Shown here: piece by piece, positions 19,345 to 26,365 of the stretch | Layout: every line of letters begins with the position of its first letter | Numbering within the stretch: the stretch's first letter is position 1 | Source: a virus | DNA length: 64,000 bases | Virus record (IMG/VR): IMGVR_UViG_3300044713_000119 | Coordinates: 2,692-66,691 of that record | Reading direction: 5' to 3' (one strand) | Made by a program: the position numbers and the translations under genes | The notes under the pieces: model-generated | What the model was told of the DNA's origin: nothing | The model's input: only the letters and a program-made list of their open reading frames with translations | The model's database searches: none

Positions 19345-19721
19345 TCCGATACTTGGACTTGAGTCGCTACGGCGGTAGCGCTCACGAGATTGCAGTACGT
19401 GGTACCCGAAATGTTCGCCGCGCCCGGGCTTGGACGGCTTTGGAATCCGAGCCCTTTGCCACCGCCCGGGCGGCCCATCGCATTCGAGTTCCCGAAACTG
19501 ATAATCGCCGCTGGATTCACACCGATTTGATCCGTGAAACTGTCGTCGGGCAAGGTCATAATCAACCCTTGCGGAGCGAAGTTGCTCCCGGTGTAGTTGT
19601 CTTTGTCAGGCGGGCATTCAACGATTTCGACGTAGGGGCAGCCGTTGACGGTAAGAGGAATTGAGACCCGCGCGCCGCCGGAAGCGTTGATTGCGTAGAT
19701 TGTACGTTTCGGTTCGCTCAT
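19332..19721 (-). CDS. Hypothetical virion protein
   Basis: 129-aa beta-rich ORF with RBS AAGGAG. Confidence 0.6.
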   Translation of the reverse strand: MSEPKRTIYAINASGGARVSIPLTVNGCPYVEIVECPPDKDNYTGSNFAPQGLIMTLPDDSFTDQIGVNPAAIISFGNSNAMGRPGGGKGLGFQSRPSPGAANISGTTYCNLVSATAVATQVQVSEWHS

Positions 19722-19725
19722 GGGA

Positions 19726-19920
19726 TTATTTACTCCTTCGGCGTGCCATCGAGGCTAAGGGGTGCTCAGGCTGGTATTCGGCGTCACCTTCTGCGGCTTT
19801 CTTTTTCTCACTTAACATGATCGCAACGGCACGTTTCTGATCATGTACGATGGGACCGGATTGAGAGCCGCTGTGCAACTTGTTGTGTTTCCATTTATCC
19901 ATCACCGCCGTCCAGGGCAT
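19726..19920 (-). CDS. Small basic protein (DUF6496-like)
   Basis: VMDKWKHNKLHSGS...QKRAVAIMLSE resembles the widespread phage K.M.E.K.G.LHSG..V....QA.AIALSE family. Confidence 0.6.
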   Translation of the reverse strand: MPWTAVMDKWKHNKLHSGSQSGPIVHDQKRAVAIMLSEKKKAAEGDAEYQPEHPLASMARRRSK

Positions 19921-20160
19921 TTAGCAGCACACCCCATTCAGAGCTTGCAGGATTGTCCTATCCAGTTCCCCCGCCAACTTGATGGAATAGGGCGTCATCT
20001 GGTTCAGGTGGTGAAGACTGAACAAAGCAAACATGGATTTCCCATCGCGAGTCGCACGCTGCGCAAACTGGATCAGCAGGTCTTTCACCGTCATGTGCTG
20101 AAAGAACTTCTCTCCTATCGGCCCGAGAAGACAGATATCGGCTTTCTTCTCGACACCCAT
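19921..20160 (-). CDS. Hypothetical protein
   Basis: Start MGVEKKADIC just after the upstream gene; abuts the next gene. Confidence 0.5.
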   Translation of the reverse strand: MGVEKKADICLLGPIGEKFFQHMTVKDLLIQFAQRATRDGKSMFALFSLHHLNQMTPYSIKLAGELDRTILQALNGVCC

Positions 20161-20179
20161 CTGACGAAGTGCGGAGCTG

Positions 20180-20398
20180 CTAACGATGTTCGGCCACCCA
20201 AGCGAACCGGGCCCGCTTCCCGAGCGTCCCTGGTGCGTTGTACTCTTTGCTCGCGGCTTCAGGAACGGTTTCGCCATGCTCTTTCGCGTACTCCGTGAAG
20301 GAGCCTTTGGTGCCTTTTTCCTTCATTTCTGCGCCAGCAGTCTGCATCCAGTGCTTCTTTGTTGGCCTTCTGGCCATGTCTGCGAGTGGATGTTCCAT
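20180..20398 (-). CDS. Small basic virion protein (GKRARFA family)
   Basis: KHWMQ...KGSFTEYAK...GTLGKRARFA motif common in podophage late regions. Confidence 0.6.
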   Translation of the reverse strand: MEHPLADMARRPTKKHWMQTAGAEMKEKGTKGSFTEYAKEHGETVPEAASKEYNAPGTLGKRARFAWVAEHR

Positions 20399-20544
20399 GG
20401 GAGTATTTTAGGGCCGCGCTTCGCTGCGGTGCCGACTCAAGTAGGTGGACACGTCACCAGACATTTCCCGAGGTCTCTGCACCCCGGCTCTAGGAAGATA
20501 ACTGGATCGCGGCCGCATCCAGGTTTTCCCGCAGCAAGCTTCGT

Positions 20545-20685
20545 TCAAATCCACCACACTTCGCGGCGCATATCGTTCGCGTTGTCGTGAGGAGTAGCGA
20601 GAGGATGGCGCAAGTGAATCTCGGCGGTCGCTTGCAGGATCAGCACGCTGCCGAAGACGATCAGAAAGAGCAACGCTAACACCAT
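20545..20685 (-). CDS. Small single-TM peptide
   Basis: MVLALLFLIVFGSVLILQATAEIHLRHPLATP... Confidence 0.4.
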   Translation of the reverse strand: MVLALLFLIVFGSVLILQATAEIHLRHPLATPHDNANDMRREVWWI

Positions 20686-20815
20686 CCGTGTTCGCTGGTA
20701 AAAATTCACAGTCCTACAGGATGTTCCCGATTGCGAAAGGTGAGCGATATTGCTCAGACTTGGTTCTGCCAATTCCGCTTTAATACCCTCCATCCAGCCA
20801 GAAAGGAGTTGTGTC

Positions 20816-20965
20816 ATGGTTACCCTTGCACAGCAGTACGGAGAACTTTATCTCCGGCTGAATGACTCGATTGCAACTGGCAAGCCGCGCTCAACGGCAT
20901 GCCGCGAAGACGACGAACGCCTGCTCGACCAACTGGAACAACGTATGGACCTGCGGCAAATCTGA
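20816..20965 (+). CDS. Small hypothetical protein, antisense to the late operon
   Basis: Strong RBS GAAAGGAG then ATG 20816; 49 aa. Confidence 0.5.
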   Translation: MVTLAQQYGELYLRLNDSIATGKPRSTACREDDERLLDQLEQRMDLRQI

Positions 20966-21008
20966 CCACTCTGCTCGGGGCTGTGGCGGAACACGGCTCC
21001 GAGCCTTT

Positions 21009-21440
21009 TCATTGCCAGACATCCGTTTCTAACTGGGTTGCCAGCCGATGAATCCGTGCAGGCTCTTCCTCGGCCGCCTTCGAGTTCAGAAGTTCCGCGG
21101 CCGCGCCCGTCCAATTGCCAGCCTGCGCATACGTAAGCATGTTCTTAAACTCTGCCAACCCTGTGATACCAAGGTTGAAGGCAAGATTCAAAAACGCTCC
21201 GAGTCGCACCTGATCAAGCGCAGAAGTCCACGGGAACATTCTCGCCAATTCGGCGGACACTCGCGCAATATCGTTCGACAGCAACAAGTCTGCCTCGTCG
21301 CTGCTGATTCCGGTGTCAGTGAGATTCCTTCCCCAACCAATTGTGGTTTTGCCGATGGTGTCTGTGTAGGGCCAAAGCTTCAGTCCTTCGTCGCGCTTCA
21401 ACTGCTCAATAATGGTGGTCGGTGTCGTGATGGTCAACAT
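21009..21440 (-). CDS. Endolysin, T4-lysozyme-like muramidase (GH24)
   Basis: QLKRDEGLKLWPYTDTIGKTTIGWGRNL (E-x8-D-x5-T catalytic pattern); NLAFNLG; AAAELLNS. Confidence 0.92.
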   Translation of the reverse strand: MLTITTPTTIIEQLKRDEGLKLWPYTDTIGKTTIGWGRNLTDTGISSDEADLLLSNDIARVSAELARMFPWTSALDQVRLGAFLNLAFNLGITGLAEFKNMLTYAQAGNWTGAAAELLNSKAAEEEPARIHRLATQLETDVWQ

Positions 21441-21595
21441 CTCACCATGCCAGGCGGCGTTCGCGGCTCATTGAACCTCACCGGCGCCGGCTTCGTCTGT
21501 TTCGTCAGATACTCCTCATAGCGCCGAAGCGGGCAATCGTACTTCCCATGGCCAGCCTCGCCACAGGTTCCGCATTTAGTGAAACGGTTGTTCAT
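21434..21595 (-). CDS. CCHC zinc-knuckle protein
   Basis: CGTCGEAGHGKYDC is an exact CX2CX4HX4C; ATG overlaps the upstream stop. Confidence 0.6.
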   Translation of the reverse strand: MNNRFTKCGTCGEAGHGKYDCPLRRYEEYLTKQTKPAPVRFNEPRTPPGMVRC

Positions 21596-21885
21596 GCGGC
21601 ACCTTTGTGAGTCGCTTGCCGATAGGAAGCGTCGATCTGCATTTGCAGAGTAGGGCTCATCAGCGAGAAATCTGTGTGCTCTTCTTCCCAATGACGCCGG
21701 CATTTGCCAGTCATACCCGCTGGGAATGGACAGGCTTTGACGACACAGCAGCCAAAAGTACCAAGGCCGCGTGCGTCGAACGTGGGTCGAATATCTGGAC
21801 CCGCGGGGCGCTCGACCGCAAGAAATACCTGTTCCTCAGTTGACCACTCAAGCGGTTGCTCTGGCTCAACTGTCCGGACTCTCAT
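21592..21885 (-). CDS. Hypothetical protein with Cys/His motif
   Basis: CVVKACPFP...KCRRH; translationally coupled start. Confidence 0.5.
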   Translation of the reverse strand: MRVRTVEPEQPLEWSTEEQVFLAVERPAGPDIRPTFDARGLGTFGCCVVKACPFPAGMTGKCRRHWEEEHTDFSLMSPTLQMQIDASYRQATHKGAA

Positions 21886-21974
21886 GCTCGATAGCCTTTT
21901 ACGAGAATCACAAGCAAGCCGACAGCTACGCCGACCAAGATCACCAGCCCAACGACTACGCCAACGATCCACAT
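21882..21974 (-). CDS. 30-aa membrane peptide
   Basis: Manual translation MWIVGVVVGLVILVGVAVGLLVILVKGYRA; fills the gap exactly with an ATGA overlap. Confidence 0.5.
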   Translation of the reverse strand: MWIVGVVVGLVILVGVAVGLLVILVKGYRA

Positions 21975-21986
21975 ACGCGGCAGAGG

Positions 21987-22301
21987 CTAGACGCCAGCCT
22001 GTGACTCGGCGCTCGCGATCTCGGTGTTTACCGCCCCCACGTTCGTTGCGGCGGTATTCATACCGGTAACGATAGCTTCGAGGGAGGCGATCTGTGCGGC
22101 CGTCAATCCGCCAGCATTGATGAACTGAGTCAAAAGCGCGACGCCGTTGGTGACGGCAGTTTGCAGCGCTGTGACCTGCGCTTGAAGGTTGGCAAGGGCC
22201 GTCTGTAAATCGGTCAACGCCTGCGAAAAGGAAGTGCTAGACATGATAAGTTTCTCCGTGTTCCTGAGTATTTTGCCGAAGATTGAGAATGGATTCCACA
22301 C
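21987..22301 (-). CDS. Coiled-coil protein in the lysis region
   Basis: Heptad pattern LTDLQTALANLQAQVTALQTAV. Confidence 0.6.
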   Translation of the reverse strand: MWNPFSIFGKILRNTEKLIMSSTSFSQALTDLQTALANLQAQVTALQTAVTNGVALLTQFINAGGLTAAQIASLEAIVTGMNTAATNVGAVNTEIASAESQAGV

Positions 22302-22304
22302 ACG

Positions 22305-23054
22305 TTACGCGACCAGCTTCGGTAAATCTGCTTCGAGTGCTGCTAGATCAAAACCGCTGGGCGTGAGCTTCGTCGCCTGGTTCAGCCAGTCTTGGGTGAT
22401 AACGGCGTAGCACTCCACTACTCGTTTCAAGAACCAGTTCCAAATCATCCCTTGCCGCTGTGCCCAAGAAATGCAGTTGGTCCCCTCGTGGCCATAGCCG
22501 AAATGGGGCACCGAATGCCGGCCGAGCAGGGCGCCATCCTGCGGAGTGAGCGACCAGGGCTGGCCGGAATTGAACTGCTGCATATCGGTTTCATAGACTT
22601 CGATGCCCACGTCTACTCCGCCGAAGATCCAGATCGCTCGCTTCACATCATCGAGGTTTGCAGCGTTGACGTTTCCCCAGCCAAGAATCTTGTGACCGGC
22701 GATGCCAGTCACGCGCCAATATTCTAAAACTGTGGGGATGTCGGCACCGTTGTCGTTCAACCCAGTCTTGGGATCGTACCCAGAGACCGCGCTATAGGCG
22801 GTGATCACATCGTCCAGCGTCGGCACTACCATGGTTCCAGTGTGTGCGGTGACCAGCATCAGCATGTGCGCGATGGCTGCGCAGGTGCAGTCGCCAAGTT
22901 GGTCATTGGCAAAATACTCCCACATCCCTGCGGGCACTTTGTATTCTCGAAACACCTTGCCCGGAACCTGTTGGGGATCAGCGGGGCCCAGATACTGTGA
23001 CAGGCTGAGCCCCTTTGCTGAACTTGCTTTCGGTGGTAGGCAGCCAAACTTCAC
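22305..23054 (-). CDS. Papain-fold cysteine peptidase
   Basis: NDQLGDCTCAA (catalytic Cys), GRHSVPHFGY (His), CISWA. Confidence 0.75.
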   Translation of the reverse strand: MKFGCLPPKASSAKGLSLSQYLGPADPQQVPGKVFREYKVPAGMWEYFANDQLGDCTCAAIAHMLMLVTAHTGTMVVPTLDDVITAYSAVSGYDPKTGLNDNGADIPTVLEYWRVTGIAGHKILGWGNVNAANLDDVKRAIWIFGGVDVGIEVYETDMQQFNSGQPWSLTPQDGALLGRHSVPHFGYGHEGTNCISWAQRQGMIWNWFLKRVVECYAVITQDWLNQATKLTPSGFDLAALEADLPKLVA

Positions 23055-23665
23055 AGTTTGATCTGCTCCGCGGCCGCATCCACAGCCAAGTTGCCGGTTG
23101 GGAATGCCAGCAAGCGACTGAACGCCTTATTGAACTGGCCCTTATTCAGCGGCAACGTGTGTCCAGCAGCGTGAAACGCTTCCATGGTGCTCACACCCTG
23201 CAGCACAGGAATCAGAGCCTGTAAGGATTGCAGTTCCGCTTCGACCGCCCCGACGAGAGCCTCGGCCTTCGCTTGGACCGCAGGATCATCAATGTGCAGA
23301 GCCGGCAGAACCTTCGCCCAGTTCTGAATCACAACTTCGATCGCGTCGTTGATCTGCGTGAGGATAGCGACTTTTCCAGCTGCGCCTAGAGCCGTGTTGT
23401 ACTGATTGATCAGCGGCAGGATGACGTTATTCAGGTCGTTAGTCGCTTCTTGTGAGGCTGACTGAATCGTTGAGAACACATCCGGCGAGATCGCCGCGCC
23501 TGCAGCGGTCAACACCAGAAGAATAGCGTTGATGGCCGGCCCAAGAGCCGCAATGATGCCGGTAGCTTCTGAGACCCACTGAATTGCGCAGCCCGCCAGG
23601 TTGAGCGCGAGCAGGAACAGAAAAGCGATAAAGCAAACTTTCTGACGTCGGGAGATTCTTTGCAT
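23051..23665 (-). CDS. Lipoprotein (possible spanin-like lysis component)
   Basis: MQRISRRQKVCFIAFLFLLALNLAG-C lipobox; helical body. Confidence 0.65.
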   Translation of the reverse strand: MQRISRRQKVCFIAFLFLLALNLAGCAIQWVSEATGIIAALGPAINAILLVLTAAGAAISPDVFSTIQSASQEATNDLNNVILPLINQYNTALGAAGKVAILTQINDAIEVVIQNWAKVLPALHIDDPAVQAKAEALVGAVEAELQSLQALIPVLQGVSTMEAFHAAGHTLPLNKGQFNKAFSRLLAFPTGNLAVDAAAEQIKL

Positions 23666-23720
23666 GGTGTTTCCTTTTCGTACCAAAATGCCCGCAGTCT
23701 TGCCGGGGTTGCCGCCTATC

Positions 23721-23903
23721 TTACCACAACACAAACTTGAAAGCTTTGAACACTGGGACGACGGTGTACTTGCCCACCGCCTTGATTCCGCGAGCCGAGC
23801 GATGGACGGGATGCTTGACCGCTTTCACTGTCCAATGCGCGAGATCCTGCGCTGGAGCGAGAGTTGCGAAAGCTAAGATGATGCCGAGGCTGAGTTTCTT
23901 CAT
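23721..23903 (-). CDS. Small secreted peptide with amphipathic basic C-terminus
   Basis: MKKLSLGIILAFATLAPA-Q; RBS GGAGG. Confidence 0.5.
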   Translation of the reverse strand: MKKLSLGIILAFATLAPAQDLAHWTVKAVKHPVHRSARGIKAVGKYTVVPVFKAFKFVLW

Positions 23904-23907
23904 GGTT

Positions 23908-24042
23908 TCAATGTCCTCCGTTTCCATTCCCATTTCCATTACCAGTTTTGTGCCACCTAACAGCCAATGCGGCCAGAAGTGCAAGGCAAATTGAGTTGAT
24001 CGCCTGCACGATCTGACCTTGAACGCAGTCCGAAATCACCAT
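23908..24042 (-). CDS. 44-aa membrane peptide
   Basis: Manual translation MVISDCVQGQIVQAINSICLALLAALAVRWHKTGNGNGNGNGGH. Confidence 0.4.
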   Translation of the reverse strand: MVISDCVQGQIVQAINSICLALLAALAVRWHKTGNGNGNGNGGH

Positions 24043-24082
24043 GTGTTATCGCCAAGCGTTTGCTTCTGGCTTCACGCCTGGA

Positions 24083-24325
24083 TTATGTCCGGTCGTTCCT
24101 TTTGTGGCCAAATACCGCATCGCAACGGCCTTTGAGTTCACGGAATTGCCCAACATGCTCCGTGTGGTCTCTGCGTGCTTCGTTAATCGCATCCCAGAGC
24201 GCAGTTTGAGTCCTTCGTACACCAGAAAGCATAAAGCCAAGCACCACACTGCCGACACTCCCCGCAAGACCAATGACTCCGAGGAACCAAGCATCAGGAC
24301 TAATCCCCACATCGATTACCTCCAA
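24083..24325 (-). CDS. Single-TM membrane protein (lysis region)
   Basis: WFLGVIGLAGSVGSVVLGFML followed by a charged tail. Confidence 0.5.
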   Translation of the reverse strand: MEVIDVGISPDAWFLGVIGLAGSVGSVVLGFMLSGVRRTQTALWDAINEARRDHTEHVGQFRELKGRCDAVFGHKRNDRT

Positions 24326-24347
24326 GGCCAGAGAATAGGTTAGATGC

Positions 24348-24572
24348 CTAGGCTGCGGGTGGCTTTTGCCCGTTGCGGTACCACGCGTACAGAAACCCAG
24401 CCGTGCCGATCAGCACCTTGGCAGTCTCCGGGATCGCTTTGTACCAGCCAAGAACCAAGTCATGAAATGGCGAGTAGCCCATGTAGGCCGCAGCCAGACC
24501 TGTTCCAATCAGGGCCACATAGTGCGTCAACTGCGTTTGGTTGTCCATCAACGCTTTCAGTTTTGCCAGCAT
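24348..24572 (-). CDS. Putative holin (two TM helices)
   Basis: YVALIGTGLAAAYMG and VLIGTAGFLYAWY; RBS AAGGAG; upstream of the endolysin. Confidence 0.5.
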   Translation of the reverse strand: MLAKLKALMDNQTQLTHYVALIGTGLAAAYMGYSPFHDLVLGWYKAIPETAKVLIGTAGFLYAWYRNGQKPPAA

Positions 24573-24687
24573 GATTGGCTCCTTTGAGAAAGTGTAGGTG
24601 CGTCCCGGGATTAAGAACAGCCGCTCTGGCCCTCTACTCCCTGAGTTCAGACGCACCCTTATCCGCGGTCAAGCCGCGAAGTGACTG

Positions 24688-26343
24688 CTAGTTGACCAAC
24701 TCAACGTGCAAGTCCAGCAACTGTGGCCCGGTGGTCTCAGCCGAAGAGGTCTGGAGGAACACAACAAATAGCGTGTCCTGGTCCAGCACGTCTGCAGTGA
24801 TTGCTCCGGTTGCCTGCTCGGGTGCCGAGATGGCCACTGTGGTTCCTGCCTGCAAGCCATCAATCAACCAGCCGCTAGGCATAATGCTGCCCGTTGCGCC
24901 CGTAGCGTTTGTATCCAAGTTGCACTGGAAACTCACACTGTAGGCTGCGGTGGTCGTGGTATGGGTCTCAAGCAACGTGCAAAGCACGATCGGAGTTCCG
25001 GTAGTGAAGTCGGTCAAATCTCCGAGTTCCACCGCAATTTCCGGCGCGGTGCCACCGGTGGTTGGGGTGTACGCTGCCTTGCCTGTAATCCGCAAGGTCT
25101 GACCGATGTAGTTCAGTACGCCCGCAGGCAACTGGATGGTGCCAAGAACGCCCGACTGTCCAGCCGTCAGAGCCACGGTATGGATAAATGGTCCGTAGTT
25201 GGTCTCAAAGCCTGGCAAGCCAAGATGCGAGGTAGGAGTAAAAGCAAACGTGGTGTGGCTGATTGGATTCGGATTGTAGGCCGCTGCCACGCCGCCAGCC
25301 TGCGGAACCAATTGGCTGTGGACGTAAGGTGTTGGGAAGACTCCGTTCGATCCGACTTCACCATACGCGGTGTTGGTGATCGCGCAGGTTGGGTACGGAG
25401 TGAACGGACTCAGCGTACAAGTCGAGGACGTCACTGGTATTCGGTAAGCCGTGGTTAGATAGGCAAGCCCGATGTACGGCAGCCAGCCTACACAGCCAGT
25501 TTCAGCCGCCGGCGCCGTGAAGTTAATCGCGAGCGAGCCTGCTGAGGTGTAGTGCGCGGTAGTCGAGGCTGCACTTTCCCCACCAAGTACATCCACGCAA
25601 GTGACAGCTACGTACTGAGCGGCGTTGGTCCAGGTACCGACCGCCGTGCCATCGCAAACGGTAGTCGTGCCACCGCACGTCGCAGTCGCAACTCGAACCG
25701 CCGGCGTGGTCAGAGCTGTCAGTGTGCTGGGCTGGATGGTGAAATACATCGGCGTGGACGCCTGGCCGCGGAAGTACTCAATGGTCATCCACCCAGGCAA
25801 GCCGTTCGGAGCCTGGCCGGTGATGTTGGCTATGGTCAGACCTGAATCACCACTGGCTGTGACCATGGATTCACCGCGGGCATAAGCATCGTTCAAAGCT
25901 TCCATCAGCCCGTTGTCGCCACTGCCAAGTTGCACATTCGCAGAGTGCGCATTGGCAAACGTTGCGGTAAACCCGCAATTGATAGGGTTGACAGCGCTCG
26001 GACCAGCAGCCGAAGGAGCGGTAATGGCTGTTGGAGTAACTGATTCCGAGTTCGCGCCATCGTAGATTTGGATGGGCACATTGACCGCAAAGATCGAGCC
26101 CCAGGCGATTGCTTTACCATCGCTACCAACTCGCGGATTGCAGTTGTTCAAGGTAACGCTCGTCGAGGTTGCGGTGACGGCATTGAGGGTCTTGTCAGTC
26201 CAATTCGCGTAACTGGACACAAGGATTCTGCCAGCCTGTTGTGTAGGGTAGCCAGGCTGGACGGGAATGGCCTGACCGAACGCGCCTGCCAGTGCACTCA
26301 GGGTGATGGCAAGCAAGGACACTAGCAAACTTGTTCGTTTCAT
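24688..26343 (-). CDS. Signal-peptide-bearing virion structural protein
   Basis: MKRTSLLVSLLAITLSALAGAFG-Q; Thr/Gly/Ala-rich with FN3-like YVAVTCVDVLGGES segment; RBS AAGGAG. Confidence 0.7.
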   Translation of the reverse strand: MKRTSLLVSLLAITLSALAGAFGQAIPVQPGYPTQQAGRILVSSYANWTDKTLNAVTATSTSVTLNNCNPRVGSDGKAIAWGSIFAVNVPIQIYDGANSESVTPTAITAPSAAGPSAVNPINCGFTATFANAHSANVQLGSGDNGLMEALNDAYARGESMVTASGDSGLTIANITGQAPNGLPGWMTIEYFRGQASTPMYFTIQPSTLTALTTPAVRVATATCGGTTTVCDGTAVGTWTNAAQYVAVTCVDVLGGESAASTTAHYTSAGSLAINFTAPAAETGCVGWLPYIGLAYLTTAYRIPVTSSTCTLSPFTPYPTCAITNTAYGEVGSNGVFPTPYVHSQLVPQAGGVAAAYNPNPISHTTFAFTPTSHLGLPGFETNYGPFIHTVALTAGQSGVLGTIQLPAGVLNYIGQTLRITGKAAYTPTTGGTAPEIAVELGDLTDFTTGTPIVLCTLLETHTTTTAAYSVSFQCNLDTNATGATGSIMPSGWLIDGLQAGTTVAISAPEQATGAITADVLDQDTLFVVFLQTSSAETTGPQLLDLHVELVN

Positions 26344-26365
26344 ACTTTGGATTCTCCTTGGAGAG

